DNA of 64,000 nucleotides from Candidatus Eiseniibacteriota bacterium (GTDB lineage Bacteria; Eisenbacteria; RBG-16-71-46; CAVPCR01): NCBI GenBank assembly GCA_963702435.1, contig CAVPCR010000004.1, positions 288,001 to 352,000 of the forward strand, read 5' to 3'. Shown piece by piece: positions 44,869 to 52,850 of this stretch (position 1 is its first letter; each line of letters starts with the position of its first letter). The notes under the pieces were generated by a model. It saw only the letters and a program-made list of their open reading frames with translations, ran no database searches and was not told where the DNA came from. The position numbers and the translations under genes were made by a program.

Positions 44869-45743
44869 GAGTGGAAGCCGATTCGGTCATCGAGCTCGAT
44901 TTCACCGCGCGCATCCTGCCGGAGGACGAGGTGGTCGAGTCGACGCGCGGGCGCGATGCGCTCCTCCTGCATCTCGGGCGGCAGATGCTCGCGCCGGGGA
45001 TCGAGCGGGCCCTCATCGGCATGGAGGCCGGCGAGGAGAAGTCGATCGAGATCGGGCCGGAGGAGGGATACGGCCCGCTTCTCGCCGAGAACATCCACCG
45101 GCGCCGGCGGAGCGACTTCCCGAGCGAGGCAGAGCTCGGGCCGGGGATGCGATTCGCGGCGCGTCTCAAGGATTCGAGCGAGCGGGTCGAGTTCACGGTG
45201 CGCGAGGCGGGGGCCGACGAGGTGGTGATCGACTTCAATCATCCGTTCGCCGGCCGGCGGCTGCGGTACTGGCTTCTCGTCAGGAGCGTGCGCCGGCCGA
45301 CGCTCGCCGAGGAGGACGAGACGCGCCGCATCCTCGCGGCGAGGAGGACCGTGATGCAGGAAGAGACGCCCGGACGTCCGGACGATCCGGCGGCCGACCA
45401 GGCCGTCGCCAGGTCGCCGGAGGTAACGATCGATGACGTCGCCCGCCTCGGGCTGCGCGTCGCCCGCATTGTCGAAGCGTCGCGCGTCGAGGGCGCCGAT
45501 CGGCTGCTCCGGATCGTGGTCGATGCGGGCGGGGAGATGCGCACGATCGTCGCCGGCATCGCGGCCAAGTACCCGCCGGAGAGCCTCGCCGGGCGCTCCA
45601 TCATCCTGGTCGCGAACATGAAGCCCGCGAAGATCCGCGGCATCGAGTCGCGCGGCATGCTGCTCGCAGCGGTCGGGGACGACGGCCGCCCGATCGTCGC
45701 CACTTTCGACGAGCCCGTGCCGCCCGGCGCCCAGGTGCGCTAG
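44865..45743 (+). CDS. SlyD-like FKBP peptidyl-prolyl isomerase fused to a tRNA-binding OB fold (MetG C-terminal/Trbp111/CsaA-like)
   Basis: N-part PGIERALIGM, PEEGYG, IDFNHPFAGRRL; C-part LRVARIVEA, ADRLL, RTIVAGI, ANMKPAKIRGIESRGMLL, PGAQVR. Confidence 0.85.
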   Translation: MRVEADSVIELDFTARILPEDEVVESTRGRDALLLHLGRQMLAPGIERALIGMEAGEEKSIEIGPEEGYGPLLAENIHRRRRSDFPSEAELGPGMRFAARLKDSSERVEFTVREAGADEVVIDFNHPFAGRRLRYWLLVRSVRRPTLAEEDETRRILAARRTVMQEETPGRPDDPAADQAVARSPEVTIDDVARLGLRVARIVEASRVEGADRLLRIVVDAGGEMRTIVAGIAAKYPPESLAGRSIILVANMKPAKIRGIESRGMLLAAVGDDGRPIVATFDEPVPPGAQVR

Positions 45744-45767
45744 CCACCCACTCCTCGGAGACACCAC

Positions 45768-46139
45768 ATGCAGCACTCGCCTGAGTTCCTGAAGCTCGTG
45801 AACGACGCCCGGAGCCGCGTCCGCGAGACCGACGTGCACACGACCAAGCAGCAGTTCGATCGCGGGGAGCGCTTCTTCCTCGTTGATACGCGCGAGGAGA
45901 GCGAGTGGAGGAACGGCCATCTGCCGGGGGCCATCCACCTCGGGAAGGGCGTGATCGAGCGCGACATCGAGCGTGTGATCCAGGACAAGGCGGCCCCGAT
46001 CGTCCTCTACTGCGGGGGAGGATTCCGCTCGGTGCTGGCGGCCGACAGCATCCAGAAGATGGGCTACTCGAACGTGGTCTCGATGGATGGGGGATGGCGA
46101 GGGTGGGTCGCCGCCGGGTTTCCAACAGCCAGGGACTGA
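45768..46139 (+). CDS. Single-domain rhodanese
   Basis: DTREESEW, GHLPGA, YCGGGFRS, MDGGW. Confidence 0.92.
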   Translation: MQHSPEFLKLVNDARSRVRETDVHTTKQQFDRGERFFLVDTREESEWRNGHLPGAIHLGKGVIERDIERVIQDKAAPIVLYCGGGFRSVLAADSIQKMGYSNVVSMDGGWRGWVAAGFPTARD

Positions 46140-46244
46140 TGTCCCCGGCTCGGCTGCTTCCGGACGAGCCCGAGGTGCGGCGAGGCCGTCCCGGCTTTGA
46201 TCCTGTAAGACATTGTGATGATATGACTTAAAGTCGGCCCTATG

Positions 46245-46277
46245 ATGTGTTGACGGTTGCCTGCCCATGTTTAGACA
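46245..46277 (+). promoter_or_regulatory. Candidate promoter and CarH/LitR-type operator upstream of the DUF4397 and carH genes
   Basis: AT-rich gap; -35-like TTGACG at 46250; 11-bp phased units ATGTGTTGACG / GTTGCCTGCCC / ATGTTTAGACA. Confidence 0.4.
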
Positions 46278-46394
46278 TGGACAGTTTGAATCTCCCGGGC
46301 TGCGGCACCATCCCAAGTCGTGAATGCGCCGCCGGAAGGCCGGGCCGGCGCTCCGATTGAATGGCCGATGGTAGTAGTCAAGGGAGAATTTTAA

Positions 46395-47831
46395 ATGAAG
46401 CCCACCTCGCTCTTCCGCCGGGCGCTCGTGTTCATGAGCCTGGCCGTGATAGTCGCCTTTGCCGCCGGTTGTGACGACGACGACAACGGGACCAACCCGA
46501 TTCCCGAGGGAGCCGCGATTCGCGTCGTTCATGCCTCGCCCGATGCTCCTGCGGTCGACATCTACGCGGCCGGCTCGACCACGGCTCTCTTCACGAACGT
46601 CGCCTACGGCGAGGTGACCTCTTACAAGGAAACTGACGCCGACACGGTGCAGATCCAGCTCAGGCCGGCCGGCGCTTCGCCGACCTCGCCGCCCGTCTAC
46701 ACGACCGGCAACCTGGCGGTCGCGGAGGACTCAAAGATCACCGCAATCGCGGCCGGGCTCCTTGGTTCGACGGCGCCGGCTGACAGATTCCGCGTCCTCG
46801 CGCTCGTCGAGGGATTCGCCGCTCCTGGTACCAGCGCGCGCGTGCGTATCGTGCATGCAGGCGCCGATGCGCCGACCGTCGCCCTCGATGTGGCCAACGA
46901 CGGTACGCCCGAGATCACCGACTTCGCCCGCTTCGAGGAGACGGGTCCCGCGGGAGTCGAGCTTCCGGCCGGCATCCCGATCGCCATCGGCATCTGGGCC
47001 GGGTCGCCGCTCGCTCGCGTCACCGCCTTCACCACGCCGGCCCTCCCGGCCGGCGGCGAGCTGTTCGTGATCGCCACCGGTCTCCTCCCCCGCCTGCCGC
47101 GCGAGACCGAGGGTTTCTCGCTCCTCGCGGTCGGTCCCACCGGGGCCATCGGTTTCATCAAGCAGGATCCGGTCCTCTTCGCGCTGCACGCATCGCCTGA
47201 TGCGCCGGCCGTCGACATCGGGCCGAGCGGCACGAGCGTGAGCCTCGTCACCGACCTGACCTTCGCCGAGATCTCGACGCCGGTGCAGCTCAAGCCGGGG
47301 ACCTACACGCTCGACTTCCGCGCGGCAGGGACGACGACCGTGGCCGCCACCGCGACGACTCCGGCCCTGGCTGCGGGCGAGCGCTACCTGGCGGTCGCCA
47401 CCGGCTTCCTGGCACCGGAGACGGGTGAGGCGGCCTTCCAGCTCGTGCCGCTCGCCGATGAGTTCGACCTCGAGCTCGTGACTCCGGTCCTGCGTGTGGC
47501 GCACGAGTCGCCGGATGCGCCGGCAGTGGATGTCGGCACGATGACCGGCAGCGTGTTCACACCGCTCGCGCCTTTCAGCAACCTGGCCTTCCCCGCGACC
47601 TCGGCGGCAGCGGGCACCCCGCTCCCCGCGGCCCCGCTGGTCATCGGCATCGCGCCGACGGGCACGACCACTCCGGTCGCCACGTTCAACGTGACGACGG
47701 CGGGCGGGATGCGCGCCGTCGCGGTAGCGGCCGGCGCACTCACGCCGCGGATCGGTGACCAGAGCTTCCGCCTCCTGATCGTCCAGACCGCGGTCTACCC
47801 GTGGACCGTGGCGGCGGTGAATCCCAACTAG
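46395..47831 (+). CDS. DUF4397 repeat lipoprotein
   Basis: Lipobox AAGC-DDDD; four repeats HASPDAPAVD / HAGADAPTVA / HASPDAPAVD / HESPDAPAVD. Confidence 0.85.
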   Translation: MKPTSLFRRALVFMSLAVIVAFAAGCDDDDNGTNPIPEGAAIRVVHASPDAPAVDIYAAGSTTALFTNVAYGEVTSYKETDADTVQIQLRPAGASPTSPPVYTTGNLAVAEDSKITAIAAGLLGSTAPADRFRVLALVEGFAAPGTSARVRIVHAGADAPTVALDVANDGTPEITDFARFEETGPAGVELPAGIPIAIGIWAGSPLARVTAFTTPALPAGGELFVIATGLLPRLPRETEGFSLLAVGPTGAIGFIKQDPVLFALHASPDAPAVDIGPSGTSVSLVTDLTFAEISTPVQLKPGTYTLDFRAAGTTTVAATATTPALAAGERYLAVATGFLAPETGEAAFQLVPLADEFDLELVTPVLRVAHESPDAPAVDVGTMTGSVFTPLAPFSNLAFPATSAAAGTPLPAAPLVIGIAPTGTTTPVATFNVTTAGGMRAVAVAAGALTPRIGDQSFRLLIVQTAVYPWTVAAVNPN

Positions 47832-47967
47832 GCAACGCACGCGCGAAGAGCGCCGCGACGTATCGCGAAAGCCAACCGATGGAGCGCGGCGGGGGCCAGT
47901 GGAGACCTGAAGTCCACGAGCTAGATGGCCCTTGCCGCGCTCCGGCCTTTCCAGGTAGGTGAACGCC

Positions 47968-48912
47968 ATGAACCTGACCGTGCCGCCCCTGAACAGCGAC
48001 TCCGGCGGGGAGTCCTCCGCAGAACCCGCGGGCCTTCTCTCGATCGGTGATCTCGCGCAGGCGACCGGGGTGTCGACCGACACCATCCGGGTCTGGGAAC
48101 GGCGCTACGGCCGGCCCGACCCGGTCCGGCTCGAGTCCGGCCACCGCCGCTACACCCGCGCGCACGTGCGCTGGCTCCGGCAAGTGGCGGAGGCCATCGC
48201 CCGCGGTCATCGGCCCTCGCTCGTCGTGCGCATGAGCGACGAGGAGATGCGCGGGATCCTGCTCGCCGGCGCGCCGGAGCCGGCGCCGGCCGCGCCGATC
48301 CGGCGCCTGGTGCAGCACGCCCGCCGACTCGAGGGCGATGTGATCGCGCGCGAGCTCCGGGCCGCGGCCGAGGACCTCGGTCCGCGCGCCTTTCTCGACA
48401 CGATCATCGGCCCGTTGCTCGAGGCCATGGGCCGGGCGTGGGTCGATGGGGAGCTCGACATCCGCCACGAGCACTACCTGTCGGGCCTGCTCGAGGATGT
48501 GCTGCGCGAGATGCGGGGGAAGGTCAGCGTGCCGGCGCGCGCCCCGGTCGTCGCGCTCGCGACCCTGAGCGGCGAAGCGCACGGTTTCGGCCTGCAGGTG
48601 CTGAGTCTCTACCTCCGGACGCTGGGCGTCCGGGCCGAGGTGGTCGGCACGCACACGCCGGCGCACGAGATCGCAGCCGCCGCGCAGGAGCTCGGCGCCG
48701 CAGCGGTGGCGCTGAGCGTGTCCATGGCGACCGGTGGTGTCGACACCGATCGCGTGATCGCCGACCTCCGTCGGCTCCTGCCGGAGGGCGTGCGGCTTCT
48801 GGTGGGCGGGCGCGGAGCGCGCGGCGTGCGCCGCGGTCCGCGCGGCGTCGTTTACGTCGCCGACTGGGCGGCCCTCGAGCGCTGGTGCGCGGAGCTCCCG
48901 TCCCCCGGCTAG
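47968..48912 (+). CDS. carH: CarH/LitR-type MerR regulator with cobalamin-binding domain (B12 photoreceptor)
   Basis: SIGDLA...IRVWERRYG...GHRRY; W-x9-EH (WVDGELDIRHEH); ExHxxG (EAHGFG); ALSVS; VGG. Alternative GTG start at 47959. Confidence 0.85.
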   Translation: MNLTVPPLNSDSGGESSAEPAGLLSIGDLAQATGVSTDTIRVWERRYGRPDPVRLESGHRRYTRAHVRWLRQVAEAIARGHRPSLVVRMSDEEMRGILLAGAPEPAPAAPIRRLVQHARRLEGDVIARELRAAAEDLGPRAFLDTIIGPLLEAMGRAWVDGELDIRHEHYLSGLLEDVLREMRGKVSVPARAPVVALATLSGEAHGFGLQVLSLYLRTLGVRAEVVGTHTPAHEIAAAAQELGAAAVALSVSMATGGVDTDRVIADLRRLLPEGVRLLVGGRGARGVRRGPRGVVYVADWAALERWCAELPSPG

Positions 48913-49031
48913 GCGCGACGCGCCTCCGTCGTGGCTGCTTTTGACCGCCCCGGCGGGTCCTTGCTAGACTGACGCCTCCTCGCGCATCCCCTGCGCGCGT
49001 GCTATCCGGCTCCCTTGACCACAAGGACGTC

Positions 49032-50654
49032 ATGGCGCCCCATTCCTCTTCCCAGTCGACGCCGGCGCCGGCTGCTCCGCCGGCCTCCACAACCCCGCCG
49101 GCCTCCACAACTCCGCCGGCCTCCACAACTCCGCCCGCCCGCCGCGTTCCCCGCCGCCCCTACGCCGATCTTCGCGAGTTCATCGCCGACCTCGACCGCG
49201 CCGGCGAGCTCTGCCGGATCCGGAGCGAGGTGGACGCGCATCTCGAGGTGAGCGCGATCACCGACCGCACGGCGCGCGCCGGCGGCCCGGCGCTCCTCTT
49301 CGAGAAGGTGCGCGGGCACTCGATGCCGATCCTCATGAACGCGTTCGGCTCGATGGAGCGGTTGACCATGGCGCTCGGCGTCGAGCGCGTCGAGGACCTG
49401 GTCGCCGAGATCGAAGCGGTGATCGAGCTCCCGCGCACCGCGACGGGCGGCGCCGGGCTCTCGCTGCTCGACAAGCTCAAGATGCTGCCGCGGCTCAAGG
49501 AGCTCTCCGAGATCGGCCCCCGCGTGGTGAAGGACGGTCCCTGCCAGGAAGTCGTGCTCACCGGCGAGCGCGCGCGGCTCGATGCGCTCCCCGTGATCCG
49601 GTGCTGGCCGGAGGACGGCGGTCCGTTCATCACGCTGCCGCTCGTCTTCACGCGCCATCCGGAAACCGGGGTGCGCAACATGGGCATGTACCGCATGCAG
49701 GTCTTCGATGCGCAGACGACCGGCATGCACTGGCACCGGCACAAGGGCGGGGCGGGGCACTACTTCGCGGCGGAGCGCCGCGGCGAGCGGCTGCCGGTCG
49801 CGGTCGCGCTCGGCGGGGATCCGCTCCTCGTCTACGCGGCGACCGCGCCGCTTCCCGACGAGGTGGACGAGCTCCTCTTCGCCGGCTTCGTGCGCAAGCG
49901 CGGCGTCGAGCTCGTGCGCGCGAAGACGGTGGACCTCGAGGTCCCGGCCACCGCCGAGATCGTCCTCGAGGGCTACGTCGAGCCGGGCGAGCGGCGGCGC
50001 GAGGGCCCCTTCGGCGACCACACCGGGTACTACTCGCTGCCCGACGATTTCCCGGTCTTCCACCTGACCGCGATCACGCATCGCCGCGATCCGATCTACC
50101 TCTCGACCATCGTCGGCCCGCCGCCGCAGGAGGACGCCTTCCTGGGCAAGGCAACGGAGCGCATCTTCCTCCCGCTCCTCAAGAAGCAGCTGCCCGAGAT
50201 CGTGGACATGAACCTGCCGGTCGAGAGCTGTTTCCACAATCTGGTCATCGTCTCGATCGACAAGCGCTACCCGGGGCACGCGCGCAAGGTGATGAGCGCG
50301 TTCTGGGGTCTCGGGCAGCTCATGTTCTCGAAGATCATCCTGGTCGTGGACCGCGACGTGAACGTGCACGATCCGCGCGAGGTGTTATGGAAGGCGTCCA
50401 ACCACATCGATCCGCGGCGCGACATCGTGTTCGTGGACGGCCCGGTGGACGAGCTCGACCACGCCGCTCCGCTCGTCTGCTACGGGTCGAAGATGGGGAT
50501 CGACGCCACCCACAAGTGGGCGAGCGAGGGTTTCACCCGCGAATGGCCGACCGAGCTCGTGATGCCGTCCGCGGTTCTGGCGCGGGTCGACGAGCTGTGG
50601 CCCGCGCTGGGGATCCGGCTCCCCGAGCGGCCACGGAGCTGGTGGGAGGAGTAA
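49032..50654 (+). CDS. UbiD-family menaquinone biosynthesis decarboxylase
   Basis: RNMGMYRMQ, EIVLEG, EGPFGDHTGYY, GSKMGIDAT; adjacent to mqnA. Confidence 0.9.
   Translation: MAPHSSSQSTPAPAAPPASTTPPASTTPPASTTPPARRVPRRPYADLREFIADLDRAGELCRIRSEVDAHLEVSAITDRTARAGGPALLFEKVRGHSMPILMNAFGSMERLTMALGVERVEDLVAEIEAVIELPRTATGGAGLSLLDKLKMLPRLKELSEIGPRVVKDGPCQEVVLTGERARLDALPVIRCWPEDGGPFITLPLVFTRHPETGVRNMGMYRMQVFDAQTTGMHWHRHKGGAGHYFAAERRGERLPVAVALGGDPLLVYAATAPLPDEVDELLFAGFVRKRGVELVRAKTVDLEVPATAEIVLEGYVEPGERRREGPFGDHTGYYSLPDDFPVFHLTAITHRRDPIYLSTIVGPPPQEDAFLGKATERIFLPLLKKQLPEIVDMNLPVESCFHNLVIVSIDKRYPGHARKVMSAFWGLGQLMFSKIILVVDRDVNVHDPREVLWKASNHIDPRRDIVFVDGPVDELDHAAPLVCYGSKMGIDATHKWASEGFTREWPTELVMPSAVLARVDELWPALGIRLPERPRSWWEE
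49077..49130 (+). repeat. 18-bp in-frame tandem repeat x3 (PPASTT)
   Basis: CCGCCGGCCTCCACAAC(C/T) x3. Confidence 0.9.
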
Positions 50655-50659
50655 CCCGG

Positions 50660-51502
50660 ATGCAGGGAGAGGCAGGCCGGGGAGAGGCGCGCCGGCCGGT
50701 GCTCGCGGTCGTGAGCTACCTGAACACGCGGCCGCTCATCGCGGGGCTCGAGGCGCGTTGCGATCTCGTGTCCGCGGTGCCCGCGCGGTGCTGGGAGCTC
50801 GTCTCCTCCGGAGAGGCCGATCTCGGCGTCATTCCCGCCATCGGCCTCGGCGACGACCCGGAGCTCGCGGTGGTCCCCGATGTGGGGATCGCGGCCGAGG
50901 GACCGGTCGTGTCGGTGGTGCTCGTGACGCGCGTTCCTCTCGCCCGCGTGCGCTCGGTGGCGCTCGATGCGAGCTCGCGCGCCTCGGCCGCTCTTCTCCG
51001 CATCCTGTGCGCGCGGGCCTGGGGGATCGCGCCGCGCTTCGTCCAGGCGCCGCCGGACTGGGCGGCGATGCTCGCGGCGCACGACGCCGCGCTCCTGATC
51101 GGCGATCCGGCCTTCGCGCTCGCCGATGATGCGGGCTTCCGGGCACGCGCCGACCTCGAGATCGTGGATCTCGGCCAGGCGTGGACTGATTGGACCGGGC
51201 TCCCGTTCGTCTTCGCAGTGTGGGCCGGGCGGGCGGAGCGCGTGACGCCGGAGATCGTCGCCGAGCTCCAGGCGGCGCGCGACCGCGGGCTGGCATCGCT
51301 CCCCGCCATCGCGCGCGCCGCGGCGCGAAATCCGGTGGAAGAAGAGAAGAACCTGCGCTACCTGCGGGACACCATCCGCTATTGCCTCGGCCCGCGCGAG
51401 CGCGCCGGGCTCGCGTGCTATCTCGAGCTGGCCGCGGAGCTCGGCCTCCTCGCCGGCGGCCGGCGCGCGCTCGCCGAGCCGGGGACGGCCGGTGGGCGCT
51501 GA
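50660..51502 (+). CDS. mqnA: Chorismate dehydratase (futalosine pathway)
   Basis: SYLNTRPL, GPVVSV, SRAS, LLIGDPA, DLGQAWTDWTGLPFVFAVW. Confidence 0.92.
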   Translation: MQGEAGRGEARRPVLAVVSYLNTRPLIAGLEARCDLVSAVPARCWELVSSGEADLGVIPAIGLGDDPELAVVPDVGIAAEGPVVSVVLVTRVPLARVRSVALDASSRASAALLRILCARAWGIAPRFVQAPPDWAAMLAAHDAALLIGDPAFALADDAGFRARADLEIVDLGQAWTDWTGLPFVFAVWAGRAERVTPEIVAELQAARDRGLASLPAIARAAARNPVEEEKNLRYLRDTIRYCLGPRERAGLACYLELAAELGLLAGGRRALAEPGTAGGR

Positions 51503-52850
51503 GGGCGAAGCCGCGACTCGGCCGGCCGCTGCGACTCGTCCGGGAGCCGCGCCGCCGGCCTCCACGCCGACGCCCACGCCGGCCTCCACGCCGGTGCCCG
51601 CGCCGGTGCCCGCGCCGGTGCTCCACCGCGCGCGCTTCGTCCTCCCGATCGCGGCCCCGCCGCTCGCCGACGGGGCGGTCCTCGTCGCCGGCGATGCGAT
51701 CGTGGCCGTCGGTCCCTATCGCGATCTGGCGCCGCATCACGCCGGGGCGGTCGCCGACCACGGGGACGCGGTGCTCCTCCCCGCGCTCGTGAACGCGCAC
51801 ACGCATCTCGAGCTCACAGCCCTCGCCGGCGGCGTCCCGGCGCGGCCCGATTTCGGCGCGTGGCTCGGCGCAACGGCCACGGCCGCCGCGGCGCTCGGCG
51901 CGGAGGACGCGGCGCCGGCGATCGAGGCGGCGATCGCCGACCTCGTGGCGACCGGCACCGGCCTCGTCGGCGAGGTGACCGACACCGGACGCGCGGTCCC
52001 CATGCTCGCCGGATCGCCGCTCGCGGCGCGCGTCTTCCACGAGCTCCTCGCCTTCGATCCGCGAGGGGCCGAGCCGGCGCTCGCCCGGGCGCGCGAGCGG
52101 CTGGCGGCCGCCGAGGCGTGCTCGCCGGCCGGCGGCCGGATCCGCCATTCTCTCGCCCCGCATGCCCCGTACACGGTCTCGATGCGGCTCCTGCGCCTGA
52201 TCCGCGGGGTGAACGGCCAGGACGCGCGGCCGACCACGATCCATCTCGCCGAATCGCCGGCGGAGACCGAGTTCTTCGCCGCGGGCACGGGGTCCCTCGC
52301 CGAGCTCAAGCGGCGCTTCGGCACGACGGTCTCCGGGTGGGAAGCGCCCGGCGAGTCTCCGGTCGTCTACCTGGCGCGGATCGGCTGGTTCGACGCGCCG
52401 CAGCTCGCCGTGCACCTCACGCAGTTATCTGCGCGCGATATCGAAATACTGCGGAAGGCGCCGGCGGTCACGGCCTGTCTCTGCCCGCGCTCGAACCGCG
52501 CGCTCGGCGTGGGCCCGGCGCCGGCCTCGGCGCTCGCCGCCGCCCGTATCCCGCTCGCGCTCGGCACCGACAGCCGGGCCTCGGCGCCGAGCCTCTCGCT
52601 CTTCGACGAGCTGGCCGCAGCGGCGACCGACTACGATCTCGAGCCCCAAGTCCTCCTCGCCGCGGCCACGCGCGGCGGCGCCGTCGCGCTCGGCTTCGGC
52701 GCCGAGCTGGGCGTACTCGCCCCCGGATACCGGGCGCGGATGATCGCGGTCGCGCCACCTCCCGGAGTCACGATCGGCGGCGACCCCTATGCGGTCCTCC
52801 TCGATCGTCCCGGCCCCGCGCGCATCCGCCGGGTCGACGGCAGCGTCTAG
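51492..52850 (+). CDS. Amidohydrolase, probable aminodeoxyfutalosine deaminase
   Basis: VNAHTHLE, PHAPYT, HLAES, CPRSN, LGTDS; overlaps the end of mqnA. Confidence 0.8.
   Translation: MGAEGEAATRPAAATRPGAAPPASTPTPTPASTPVPAPVPAPVLHRARFVLPIAAPPLADGAVLVAGDAIVAVGPYRDLAPHHAGAVADHGDAVLLPALVNAHTHLELTALAGGVPARPDFGAWLGATATAAAALGAEDAAPAIEAAIADLVATGTGLVGEVTDTGRAVPMLAGSPLAARVFHELLAFDPRGAEPALARARERLAAAEACSPAGGRIRHSLAPHAPYTVSMRLLRLIRGVNGQDARPTTIHLAESPAETEFFAAGTGSLAELKRRFGTTVSGWEAPGESPVVYLARIGWFDAPQLAVHLTQLSARDIEILRKAPAVTACLCPRSNRALGVGPAPASALAAARIPLALGTDSRASAPSLSLFDELAAAATDYDLEPQVLLAAATRGGAVALGFGAELGVLAPGYRARMIAVAPPPGVTIGGDPYAVLLDRPGPARIRRVDGSV

Noticed and set aside
47832..47967. Cobalamin riboswitch upstream of the B12-binding regulator
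   Set aside because: No B12-box or conserved GGGAA...GCCCCCGC.ACTG core in the sense orientation; only a generic stem-loop.
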